Source: the human T2T-CHM13v2.0 reference genome, Homo sapiens. From it: a DNA stretch of 64,000 nt. The translations under genes were made by a program, and so were the position numbers. The stretch lies in assembly GCF_009914755.1 (NCBI RefSeq), contig NC_060948.1; one strand, 5' to 3'. Each line of letters opens with the position of its first letter. The stretch's first letter is position 1. Below are positions 1-13,382 of this stretch, piece after piece. Under the pieces are notes generated by a model. The model did not search any database. It was given only the letters and a program-made list of their open reading frames with translations, and was not told the DNA's origin.

Positions 1-2770
1 TCGAATTGAATGGAATCGTATGGAATGGCATCAAACGGAATGGAATGGACAGCCACGGAATGGAATGCACTCGAATGCAATGGAGTCGAAACTAATGGAC
101 TGGAATAGAATGGACTCGACTGGTACGGACTCCAATGGAATGGAATCGAATGGAAGGGAATCGAACGGAATGGACTCGAAGGGAAAAGACTGCAATGGAA
201 AGGTCTCGAATGGAATGGAAATTAATGGAATGGAATGGAATCGAATGAAATGGAGTCAAAAGGAATGGAATCGAATGGCAAGAAATCGAATGTAATGGAA
301 TCGCAAGGAATTGATGTGAACGGAACGGAATGGAATGGAATCCAAAGGAATGGAATAGAATGGAATGGAATCGAATGGAAAGGACTCGAATGGAAATCAC
401 TCGAATAGAATGCAATTTAATAAAATAGGATCAAATGTAATGGAATGGAATGGAAAGGAATCGAAACGAAAGGAATGGAGACAGATGGAATGGAATGGAA
501 CAGAGAACAATGGTATAGAATGGAATGGAATCATCTGGAATGGAATTGAATGGAATGGAATAATATGAAATGGAATGGAATGGAATGGAATGGAATGCCC
601 TTGAATTAAATGGACTGGAATGGAATGGACTCGAACAGAGTGGAATGGAAAGTGTTGAGATAGAATGGAATGGACTCCTTTGGAATGGTCTAGTATGCAA
701 TGCAATCGACTGGCAGGGAATCAAAAGGAATGTAATGGAATGGATTGGACTGGAATGCAATGGACTCGAATAGATTGGAAACGGAATGCAAAGGAATGGA
801 ATGGAATAGTATGGAATGGAATGGAAAGGAATGGAGTGGAATAGACTAGAGTGGAATGGAATGGACTGGAAAGCAATGGACTGGAATGGAACTTTATTGA
901 ATGGACTGGAATCAAACGGAATGGAATGCAATGCAATCAAATGGCATGGAATAAAATAGAATGAAAGAGAATCAAATGGAATTGAATCGAATGGAATCGA
1001 ATGGATTGGAAAGGAATAGAATGGAATGGAATGGAATTGACTCAAATGGAATGGACTAGAATGGAATGGATTCGAATGGAAGGCAAAGGAATGGAATCTA
1101 TTGGAATGGACTGTAATGGAATGGAATGGAAGGGATTGGAATGGACTCGAATGGAATGGACTGCAATAGAAAGGATTCGAATGGAATGAAAAAGAATTGA
1201 ATGGAGTAGAACAGAATGGAATCAAATCGAATGAAATGGAATGGAATAGAAAGGAATGGAATGAAATGGAATGGAAAGGATTCGAATGGAATGCAATCGA
1301 ATGGAATGGAATCGAACGGAATGGAATAAAATGGAAGAAAACTGGCAAGAAATGGAATCGAAATGAATGGAGTGTTATGGAACGGACTCAAAAGGAATTG
1401 AATGTAATAGAATGGAGTGGAGTGGACTCGAATATAATGGACTGGAATGGAATGAAATCACATGGAATGGGAACGAATGGAATGGAATGGAAAGGAATGG
1501 AATCGAATGGAAAGGAATCGAATGGAAGGGAATGAAATTAAATCAACAGGAATGGAAGGGAATAGAATAGACGGTAATGGAATGGACTCGAATAGAATGG
1601 ACACGAATGCTCAAATTGAATGGACTCGAATGGAATGGAAACGAAAGGAATGTCATCGAATGGAATTGAATCGATTGGAATGAAATCGCATAGAATGGAG
1701 TGGAATCAAATGGAATTGAATCGAAAGGAAAGGAAGCGAATGGACTGAAATGAAATGGAATGGAATTGAATGGAAAGTAATGCAATGGAATAGAATGGAA
1801 CGAAATTTCACGGAATGGAATCAAACTGAATGGAATCAAATCAATGGAATCTAATCAAATGGAATGGAAAGGAATTGAATGGAGTAGATTGGATTGGATG
1901 GGATTGGAATGAAATGTACTGGAAAGGACTCGAATTTCATGAAACGGAATGGAATGAATTGGAACGGAATGGACTCGAATGGAATGGAATGTCATGGAAT
2001 GGCATCAAATGGAATGGCATCAAATGGAATGGAATCGAATGCAATGGAATGCTATGGAATGGAATGGAATGCATTGGAATGGAATGTCCTCTAATGGAAT
2101 GGATTCGAGTGGAATGGAATCGAATATAATGGAGTCTAATGAAATGGAATTGAAAGGAATGGGATCGAATAGAATGGAATATACTGAAATGTAATGTAAT
2201 GAACTCGAATGTAATTGACTGGAATGGAATGTACATGAATGGAATGTAATCGAATGGAAAGTAATCCAATGGAATAGAATCTAATGCAATAAAACCGACT
2301 CAGATAGAGTAGAATGTAATGGAATGGAGTGCAGTGCAATGGAATGGAATGGAATTGAATGCAATGGAATGGAATGGAATGGAATGGAATGGAATGGAAT
2401 GGAATGGGATGGAATGGTATGGAATGGATAGTAATGGACTGGAGTGAAATGGACTGGAAAGGAATGGACTCAAATTGAAAGGGCTCGAAAGGAATGGAGT
2501 CAAATGGAATGGTCTGGAATGGAATGAACACGAATGTAATGCAATCCAATAGAATGGAAACGAATGGCATGGAATATAAAGAAATGGAATCGAAGAGAAT
2601 GGAAACAAATGGAATGGAATTGAATGGAATGGAATTGAATGGAATGGGAAGGAATGGAGTGAAATTGTATGCAGTAGAAGGGAATAGAATGGAATGCAAG
2701 CGAAAGGAAAGGAATGGATTGGAATGGAATGGAATTCATTGGAATGGAAGGGAATGTAGTGTAATGGACA
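1..2770 (+). repeat. Partial DYZ1 unit (5'-truncated by window edge)
   Basis: Ends at the first GGCC at 2771; landmark order is the same as in later units. Confidence 0.9.
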
Positions 2771-3145
2771 GGCCTGGAATAAAGTGGAATGCTACGGTCT
2801 CGAATGGAATAAAAATGTATGGAATGGAATGCAATGAATCGGAATCGAATGTCATAGAATGTAATGGAATGCAACAAAATGGAATCCAAAATCATTGACT
2901 GGAAAGGCTGGGTGTCGAAAGGAATTGACTCCAATGGAATGGAATCGAATGGAATGGAAGTGAATAGAATCGAACTAAATCGAACGGAATGGAATTGACA
3001 GGAACGGAATGGAAAGGAATGCAATGATTTGGCATGGAATGGAATCGAATGGCATCGAATGGAATGGAATGGAATGCAATGGAATGGAATGTATTAGAAT
3101 GTAATGAACTTTAATGGAATGTACTCGAATGGATTCGACTGGAAT

Positions 3146-3160
3146 GGAATGTTCTGGAAG
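3146..3160. promoter_or_regulatory. Candidate heat-shock element A (first copy; recurs once per unit)
   Basis: gGAAt-gTTCt-gGAAg matches the canonical three-unit HSF1 element nGAAnnTTCnnGAAn. The motif is seen; occupancy is not shown. Confidence 0.5.
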
Positions 3161-3425
3161 TGAATGGACTCCAATGGAATGGATTCAAAAGGAATGGAAT
3201 CGTACGGAATGGAATCTAATGGAATGGAATTAAATGGAAATGAATCAAATTGAATAGCACGGAATTGAATTGAATGGAATCGAATGCAATGGAATCTAAT
3301 GAAACGGAAAGGAAAGGAATGCAATGGAATGGAATGGGCTGGAATGGAAAGGAATCGAAACGAATGGAATGGAATCGAACTGAAGAGACTGGAATGGAAT
3401 GCACTGGAATGGAAGGGAGTGTAAT

Positions 3426-3440
3426 GGAAGGTTCTCGAAA
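3426..3440. promoter_or_regulatory. Candidate heat-shock element B (first copy; recurs once per unit)
   Basis: gGAAg-gTTCt-cGAAa matches nGAAnnTTCnnGAAn. Confidence 0.5.
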
Positions 3441-4451
3441 AAAATGGAATCGAATGGAATGGAATTGAATGGAACGGAATAGAGTCGAATGGAATTGAAT
3501 GGAATGGAATGGACTAGAGTGAAATGGAATCGAACCACAAGGAATGGACAGGAATAGAATGGTCTCGAATTGAATGGAATCGTATGGAATGGCATCAAAC
3601 GGAATGGAATGGACAGCCACGGAATGGAATGCACTCGAATGCAATGGAGTCGAAACTAATGGACTGGAATAGAATGGACTCGACTGGTACGGACTCCAAT
3701 GGAAGGGAATCGAATGGAAGGGAATCGAACGGAATGGACTTGAAGGGAAAAGACTGCAATGGAAAGGTCTCGAATGGAATGGAAATTAATGGAATGGAAT
3801 GGAATCGAATGAAATGGAGTCAAAAGGAATGGAATCGAATGGCAAGAAATCGAATGTAATGGAATCGCAAGGAATTGATGTGAACGGAACGGAATGGAAT
3901 GGAATCCAAAGGAATGGAATAGAATGGAATGGAATCGAATGGAAAGGACTCGAATGGAAATCACTCGAATAGAATGCAATTTAATAAAATAGGATCAAAT
4001 GAAATGGAATGGAATGGAAAGGAATCGAAACGAAAGGAATGGAGACAGATTTAATGGAATAGAACAGAGAGCAATGGTATAGAATGGAATGGAATCATCT
4101 GGAATGGAATTGAATGGAATGGAATAATATGAAATGGAATGGAATGGAATGGAATGGAATGCCCTTGAATTAAATGGACTGGAATGGAATGGACTCGAAC
4201 AGAGTGGAATGGAAAGTGTTGAGATAGAATGGAATGGACTCGTTTGGAATGGTCTAGTATGCAATGCAATCGACTGGCAGGGAATCAAAAGGAATGTAAT
4301 CGAATGGATTGGACTGGAATGCAATGGACTCGAATAGATTGCAAACGGAATGCAAAGGAATGGAATGGAATAGTATGGAATGGAATGGAAAGGAATGGAG
4401 TGGAATAGACTAGAGTGGAATGGAATGGACTGGAAAGCAATGGACTGGAAT

Positions 4452-4466
4452 GGAACTTTCTTGAAT
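4452..4466. promoter_or_regulatory. Candidate heat-shock element C (first intact copy; recurs once per unit)
   Basis: gGAAc-tTTCt-tGAAt matches nGAAnnTTCnnGAAn. The homologous site at 888-902 is broken (tTTAt). Confidence 0.5.
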
Positions 4467-6284
4467 GGACTGGAATCAAACGGAATGGAATGCAATGCAA
4501 TCAAATGGCATGGAATAAAATAGAATGAAAGAGAATCAAATGGAATTGAATCGAATGGAATCGAATGGATTGGAAAGGAATGGAATGGAATGGAATGGAA
4601 TGGACTAGAATGGAATGGATTCGAATGGAAGGCAAAGGAATGGAATCTATTGGAATGGACTGTAATGGAATGGAATGGAAGGGATTGGAATGGACTCGAA
4701 TGGAATGGACTGCAATAGAAAGGATTCGAATGGAATGAAAAAGAATTGAATGGAATAGAACAGAATGGAATCAAATCGAATGAAATGGAATGGAATAGAA
4801 AGGAATGGAATGAAATGGAATGGAAAGGATTCGAATGGAATGCAATCGAATGGAATGGAATCGAACGGAATGGAATAAAATGGAAGAAAACTGGCAAGAA
4901 ATGGAATCGAAATGAATGGAGTGTTATGGAACGGACTCAAAAGGAATTGAATGTAATAGAATGGAGTGGAGTGGACTCGAATATAATGGACTGGAATGGA
5001 ATGAAATCACATGGAATGGGAACGAATAGAATGGAATGGAAAGGAATGGAATCGAATGGAAAGGAATCGAATGGAAGGGAATGAAATTGAATCAACAGGA
5101 ATGGAAGGGAATAGAATAGACGGTAATGGAATGGACTCGAATAGAATGGACACGAATGCTCAAATTGAATGGACTCGAATGGAATGGAAACGAAAGGAAT
5201 GTCATCGAATGGAATTGAATCGATTGGAATGAAATCGCATAGAATGGAGTGGAATCAAATGGAATTGAATCGAAAGGAAAGGAAGCGAATGGACTGAAAT
5301 GAAATGGAATGGAATTGAATGGAAAGTAATGCAATGGAATAGAATGGAACGAAATTTCACGGAATGGAATCAAACTGAATGGAATCAAATCAATGGAATC
5401 CAATCAAATGGAATGGAGTAGATTGGATTGGATGGGATTAGAATGAAATGTACTGGAAAGGACTCGAATTTCATGAAACGGAATGGAATGAATTGGAACG
5501 GAATGGACTCGAATGGAATGGAATGTCATAGAATGGCATCAAATGGAATGGCATCAAATGGAATGGAATCGAATGCAATGGAATGCTATGGAATGGAATG
5601 GAATGCATTGGAATGGAATGTCCTCTAATGGAATGGATTCGAGTGGAATGGAATCGAATATAATGGAGTCGAATGAAATGGAATTGAAAGGAATGGGATC
5701 GAATACAATGGAATATACTGGAATGTAATGTAATGAACTCGAATGTAATTGACTGGAATGGAATGTACATGAATGGAATGTAATCGAATGGAAAGTAATC
5801 CAATGGAATAGAATCTAATGCAATAAAATCGACTCAGATAGAGTAGAATGTAATGGAATGGAGTGCAGTGCAATGGAATGGAATCGAATGGAATGCAATG
5901 GAATGGAATGGAATGGAATGGGATGGAATGGTATGGAATGGATGGTAATGGACTGGAGTGAAATGGACTGGAAAGGAATGGACTCAAATTGAAAGGGCTG
6001 GAAAGGAATGGAGTCAAATGGAATGGTCTGGAATGGAATGAACACGAAAGTAATGCAATCCAATAGAATGGAATCGAATGGCATGGAATATAATGAAATG
6101 GAATCGAAGAGAATGGAAACAAATGGAATGGAATTGAATGGAATGGAATTGAATGGAATGGGAACGAATGGAGTGAAATTGTATGCAGTAGAAGGGAATA
6201 GAATGGAATGCAAGCGAAAGGAAAGGAATGGATTGGAATGGAATGGAATTCATTGGAATGGAAGGGAATGTAGTGTAATGGACA

Positions 6285-9200
6285 GGCCTGGAATAAAGTG
6301 GAATGCTACGGTCTCGAATGGAATAAAAATGTATGGAATGGAATGCAATGAAACGGAATCGAATGTCATAGAATGTAATGGAATGCAAAAAAATGGAATC
6401 CAAAATCATTGACTGGAAAGGCTGGGTGTCGAAAGGAATTGACTCCAATGGAATGGAATCGAATGGAATGGAAGTGAATAGAATCGAACTAAATCGAATG
6501 GAATGGAATTGATAGGAACGGAATGGAAAGGAATGCAATGATTTGGCACGGAATGGAATCGAATGGCATCGAACGGAATGGAATGGAATGCAATTGAATG
6601 GAACGTATTAGAATGTAATGAGCTTTAATGGAATGTACTCGAATGGATTCGACTGGAATGAAATGTTCTGGAAGTGAATGGACTCCAATGGAATGGATTC
6701 AAAAGGAATGGAATCGTACGGAATGGAATCTAATGGAATGGAATTAAATGGAAATGAATCAAATTGAATAGCATGGAATTGAATTGAATGGAATCGAATG
6801 CAATGGAATCTAATGAAACGGAAAGGAAAGTAATGGAATGGAATGGAATGGGCTGGAATGGAAAGGAATCGAAACGAATGGAATGGAATCGAACTGACGA
6901 GACTGGAATGGAATGCACTGGAATGGAAGGGAGTGTAATGGAAGGTTCTCGAAAAAAATGGAATCGAATGGAATGGAATTGAATGGAACGGAATAGAGTC
7001 GAATGGAATTGAATGGAATGGAATGGACTAGAGTGAAATGGAATCGAACCACAAGGAATGGACAGGAATAGAATGGTCTCGAATTGAATGGAATCGTATG
7101 GAATGGCATCAAACGGAATGGAATGGACAGCCACGGAATGGAATGCACTCGAATGCAATGGAGTCGAAACTAATGGACTGGAATAGAATGGATTCGACTG
7201 GTACGGACTCCAATGGAATGGAATCGAATGGAAGGGAATCGAACGGAATGGACTCGAAGGGAAAAGACTGCAATGGAAAGGTCTCGAATGGAATGGAAAT
7301 TAATGGAATGGAATGGAATCGAATGAAATGGAGTCAAAAGGAATGGAATCGAATGGCAAGAAATCGAATGTAATGGAATCGCCAGGAATTGATGTGAACG
7401 GAACTGAATGGAATGGAATCCAAAGGAATGGAATAGAATGGAATGGAATCGAATGGAAAGGACTCGAATGGAAATCACTCGAATAGAATGCAATTTAATA
7501 AAATAGGATCAAATGTAATGGAATGGAATGGAAAGGAATCGAAACGAAAGGAATGGAGACAGATGGAATGGAATGGAACAGAGAGCAATGGTATAGAATG
7601 GAATGGAATCATCTGGAATGGAATTGAATGGAATGGAATAATATGAAATGGAATGGAATGGAATGGAATGGAATGCCCTTGAATTAAATGGACTGGAATG
7701 GAATGGACTCGAACAGAGTGGAATGGAAAGTGTTGAGATAGAATGGAATGGACTCGTTTGGAATGGTCTAGTATGCAATGCAATCGACTGGCAGGGAATC
7801 AAAAGGAATGTAATCGAATGGATTGGACTGGAATGCAATGGACTCGAATAGATTGCAAACGGAATGCAAAGGAATGGAATGGAATAGTATGGAATGGAAT
7901 GGAAAGGAATGGAGTGGAATAGACTAGAGTGGAATGGAATGGACTGGAAAGCAATGGACTGGAATGGAACTTTCTTGAATGGACTGGAATCAAACGGAAT
8001 GGAATGCAATGCAATCAAATGGCATGGAATAAAATAGAATGAAAGAGAATCAAATGGAATTGAATCGAATGGAATCGAATGGATTGGAAAGGAATAGAAT
8101 GGAATGGAATGGAATGGACTAGAATGGAATGGATTCGAATGGAAGGCAAAGGAATGGAATCTATTGGAATGGACTGTAATGGAATGGAATGGAAGGGATT
8201 GGAATGGACTCGAATGGAATGGACTGCAATAGAAAGGATTCGAATGGAATGAAAAAGAATTGAATGGAATAGAACAGAATGGAATCAAATCGAATGAAAT
8301 GGAATGGAATAGAAAGGAATGGAATGAAATGGAATGGAAAGGATTCGAATGGAATGCAATCGAATGGAATGGAATCGAACGGAATGGAATAAAATGGAAG
8401 AAAACTGGCAAGAAATGGAATCGAAATGAATGGAGTGTTATGGAACGGACTCAAAAGGAATTGAATGTAATAGAATGGAGTGGAGTGGACTCGAATATAA
8501 TGGACTGGAATGGAATGAAATCACATGGAATGGGAACGAATAGAATGGAATGGAAAGGAATGGAATCGAATGGAAAGGAATCGAATGGAAGGGAATGAAA
8601 TTGAATCAACAGGAATGGAAGGGAATAGAATAGACGGTAATGGAATGGACTCGAATAGAATGGACACGAATGCTCAAATTGAATGGACTCGAATGGAATG
8701 GAAACGAAAGGAATGTCATCGAATGGAATTGAATCGATTGGAATGAAATCGCATAGAATGGAGTGGAATCAAATGGAATTGAATCGAAAGGAAAGGAAGC
8801 GAATGGACTGAAATGAAATGGAATGGAATTGAATGGAAAGTAATGCAATGGAATAGAATGGAACGAAATTTCACGGAATGGAATCAAACTGAATGGAATC
8901 AAATCAATGGAATCCAATCAAATGGAATGGAGTAGATTGGATTGGATGGGATTGGAATGAAATGTACTGGAAAGGACTCGAATTTCATGAAACGGAATGG
9001 AATGAATTGGAACGGAATGGACTCGAATGGAATGGAATGTCATAGAATGGCATCAAATGGAATGGCATCAAATGGAATGGAATCGAATGCAATGGAATGC
9101 TATGGAATGGAATGGAATGCATTGGAATGGAATGTCCTCTAATGGAATGGATTCGAGTGGAATGGAATCGAATATAATGGAGTCGAATGAAATGGAATTG

Positions 9201-9813
9201 AAAGGAATGGGATCGAATACAATGGAATATACTGGAATGTAATGTAATGAACTCGAATGTAATTGACTGGAATGGAATGTACATGAATGGAATGTAATCG
9301 AATGGAAAGTAATCCAATGGAATAGAATCTAATGCAATAAAATCGACACAGATAGAGTAGAATGTAATGGAATGGAGTGCAGTGCAATGGAATGGAATCG
9401 AATGGAATGCAATGGAATGGAATGGAATGGAATGGAATGGAATGGAATGGGATGGAATGGTATGGAATGGATGGTAATGGACTGGAGTGAAATGGACTGC
9501 AAAGGAATGGACTCAAATTGAAAGGGCTGGAAAGGAATGGAGTCAAATGGAATGGTCTGGAATGGAATGAACACGAAAGTAATGCAATCCAATAGAATGG
9601 AATCGAATGGCATGGAATATAATGAAATGGAATCGAAGAGAATGGAAACAAATGGAATGGAATTGAATGGAATGGAATTGAATGGAATGGGAACGAATGG
9701 AGTGAAATTGTATGCAGTAGAAGGGAATAGAATGGAATGCAAGCGAAAGGAAAGGAATGGATTGGAATGGAATGGAATTCATTGGAATGGAAGGGAATGT
9801 AGTGTAATGGACA
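6285..9813 (+). repeat. DYZ1 unit 2, 3529 bp
   Basis: GGCC at 6285 and 9814. Same two 15-bp deletions; tract -5. Confidence 0.9.
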
Positions 9814-12800
9814 GGCCTGGAATAAAGTGGAATGCTACGGTCTCGAATGGAATAAAAATGTATGGAATGGAATGCAATGAAACGGAATCGAATGTCATAG
9901 AATGTAATGGAATGCAAAAAAATGGAATCCAAAATCATTGACTGGAAAGGCTGGGTGTCGAAAGGAATTGACTCCAATGGAATGGAATCGAATGGAATGG
10001 AAGTGAATAGAATCGAACTAAATCGAATGGAATGGAATTGATAGGAACGGAATGGAAAGGAATGCAATGATTTGGCACGGAATGGAATCGAATGGCATCG
10101 AACGGAATGGAATGGAATGCAATTGAATGGAACGTATTAGAATGTAATGAGCTTTAATGGAATGTACTCGAATGGATTCGACTGGAATGGAATGTTCTGG
10201 AAGTGAATGGACTCCAATGGAATGGATTCAAAAGGAATGGAATCGTACGGAATGGAATCTAATGGAATGGAATTAAATGGAAATGAATCAAATTGAATAG
10301 CATGGAATTGAATTGAATGGAATCGAATGCAATGGAATCTAATGAAACGGAAAGGAAAGTAATGGAATGGAATGGAATGGGCTGGAATGGAAAGGAATCG
10401 AAACGAATGGAATGGAATCGAACTGACGAGACTGGAATGGAATACACTGGAATGGAAGGGAGTGTAATGGAAGGTCCTCGAAAAAAATGGAATCGAATGG
10501 AATGGAATTGAATGGAACGGAATAGAGTCGAATGGAATTGAATGGAATGGAATGGACTAGAGTGAAATGGAATCGAACCACAAGGAATGGACAGGAATAG
10601 AATGGTCTCGAATTGAATGGAATCGTATGGAATGGCATCAAACGGAATGGAATGGACAGCCACGGAATGGAATGCACTCGAATGCAATGGAGTCGAAACT
10701 AATGGACTGGAATAGAATGGATTCGACTCGTACGGACTCCAATGGAATGGAATCGAATGGAAGGGAATCGAACGGAATGGACTCGAAGGGAAAAGACTGC
10801 AATGGAAAGGTCTCGAATGGAATGGAAATTAATGGAATGGAATGGAATCGAATGAAATGGAGTCAAAAGGAATGGAATCGAATGGCAAGAAATCGAATGT
10901 AATGGAATCGCCAGGAATTGATGTGAACGGAACTGAATGGAATGGAATCCAAAGGAATGGAATAGAATGGAATGGAATCGAATGGAAAGGACTCGAATGG
11001 AAATCACTCGAATAGAATGCAATTTAATAAAATAGGATCAAATGTAATGGAATGGAATGGAAAGGAATCGAAACGAAAGGAATGGAGACAGATGGAATGG
11101 AATGGAACAGAGAGCAATGGTATAGAATGGAATGGAATCATCTGGAATGGAATTGAATGGAATGGAATAATATGAAATGGAATGGAATGGAATGGAATGG
11201 AATGCCCTTGAATTAAATGGACTGGAATGGAATGGACTCGAACAGAGTGGAATGGAAAGTGTTGAGATAGAATGGAATGGACTCGTTTGGAATGGTCTAG
11301 TATGCAATGCAATCGACTGGCAGGGAATCAAAAGGAATGTAATGGAATGGATTGGACTGGAATGCAATGGACTCGAATAGATTGGAAACGGAATGCAAAG
11401 GAATGGAATGGAATAGTATGGAATGGAATGGAAAGGAATGGAGTGGAATAGACTAGAGTGGAATGGAATGGACTGGAAAGCAATAGACTGGAATGGAACT
11501 TTCTTGAATGGACTGGAATCAAACGGAATGGAATGCAATGCAATCAAATGGCATGGAATAAAATAGAATGAAAGAGAATGAAATGGAATTGAATCGAATG
11601 GAATCGAATGGATTGGAAAGGAATAGAATGGAATGGAATGGAATTGACTCAAATGGAATGGACTAGAATGGAATGGATTCGAATGGAAGGCAAAGGAATG
11701 GAATCTATTGGAATGGACTGTAATGGAATGGAATGGAAGGGATTGGAATGGACTCGAATGGAATGGACTGCAATAGAAAGGATTCGAATGGAATGAAAAA
11801 GAATTGAATGGAATAGAACAGAATGGAATCAAATCGAATGAAATGGAATGGAATAGAAAGGAATGGAATGAAATGGAATGGAAAGGATTCGAATGGAATG
11901 CAATCGAATGGAATGGAATCGAACGGAATGGAATAAAATGGAAGAAAACTGGCAAGAAATGGAATCGAAATGAATGGAGTGTTATGGAACGGACTCAAAA
12001 GGAATTGAACGTAATAGAATGGAGTGGAGTGGACTCGAATATAATGGACTGGAATGGAATGAAATCACATGGAATGGGAACGAATGGAATGGAATGGAAA
12101 GGAATGGAATCGAATGGAAAGGAATCGAATGGAAGGGAATGAAATTGAATCAACAGGAATGGAAGGGAATAGAATAGACGGTAATGGAATGGACTCGAAT
12201 TGAATGGACACGAATGCTCAAATTGAATGGACTCGAATGGAATGGAAACGAAAGGAATGTCATCGAATGGAATTGAATCGATTGGAATGAAATCGCATAG
12301 AATGGAGTGGAATCAAATGGAATTGAATCGAAAGGAAAGGAAGCGAATGGACTGAAATGAAATGGAATGGAATTGAATGGAAAGTAATGCAATGGAATAG
12401 AATGGAACGAAATTTCACGGAATGGAATCAAACTGAATGGAATCAAATCAATGGAATCTAATCAAATGGAATGGAAAGGAATTGAATGGAGTAGATTGGA
12501 TTGGATGGGATTGGAATGAAATGTACTGGAAAGGACTCGAATTTCATGAAACGGAATGGAATGAATTGGAACGGAATGGACTCGAATGGAATGGAATGTC
12601 ATGGAATGGCATCAAATGGAATGGCATCAAATGGAATGGAATCGAATGCAATGGAATGCTATGGAATGGAATGGAATGCATTGGAATGGAATGTCCTCTA
12701 ATGGAATGGATTCGAGTGGAATGGAATCGAATATAATGGAGTCGAATGAAATGGAATTGAAAAGAATGGGATCGAATACAATGGAATATACTGGAATGTA

Positions 12801-13382
12801 ATGTAATGAACTCGAATGTAATTGACTGGAATGGAATGTACATGAATGGAATGTAATCGAATGGAAAGTAATCCAATGGAATAGAATCTAATGCAATAAA
12901 ATCGACTCAGATAGAGTAGAATGTAATGGAATGGAGTGCAGTGCCATGGAATGGAATGGAATGGAATGCAATGGAATGGAATGGAATGCAATGGAATGGA
13001 ATGGAATGGAATGGAATGGGATGGAATGGTGTGGAATGGATAGTAATGGACTGGAGTGAAATGGACTGGAAAGGAATGGACTCAAATTGAAAGGGCTCGA
13101 AAGGAATGGAGTCAAATGGAATGGTCTGGAATGGAATGAACACGAATGTAATGCAATCCAATAGAATGGAATCGAATGGCATGGAATATAAAGAAATGGA
13201 ATCGAAGAGAATGGAAAAAAATGGAATGGAATTGAATGGAATGGAATTGAATGGAATGGGAACGAATGGAGTGAAATTTTATGCAGTAGAAAGGAATAGA
13301 ATGGAATGCAAGCGAAAGGAAAGGAATGGATTGGAATGGAATGGAATTCATTGGAATGGAAGGGAATGTAGTGTAATGGACA
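9814..13382 (+). repeat. DYZ1 unit 3, 3569 bp
   Basis: GGCC at 9814 and 13383. Tract +5 with a second GCAAT interruption. Confidence 0.9.

Larger units (their letters stand above)
2771..6284 (+). repeat. DYZ1 unit 1, 3514 bp
   Basis: GGCC at 2771 and 6285. Two 15-bp deletions (~4595, ~5412) and a variable tract 20 bp shorter than in a 3564-bp unit. Confidence 0.9.

Noticed and set aside
1208-1222. AGAACA steroid-receptor half-site in each unit
   Set aside because: There is no partner half-site at 3-bp spacing, and a lone hexamer is expected in this base composition.
419-2813. Six AATAAA hexamers per unit on + (419, 950, 1325, 2288, 2778, 2808)
   Set aside because: They are easily generated from AATGGA in an A-rich strand, there is no clear downstream U/GU-rich element, and no transcript evidence is available here.
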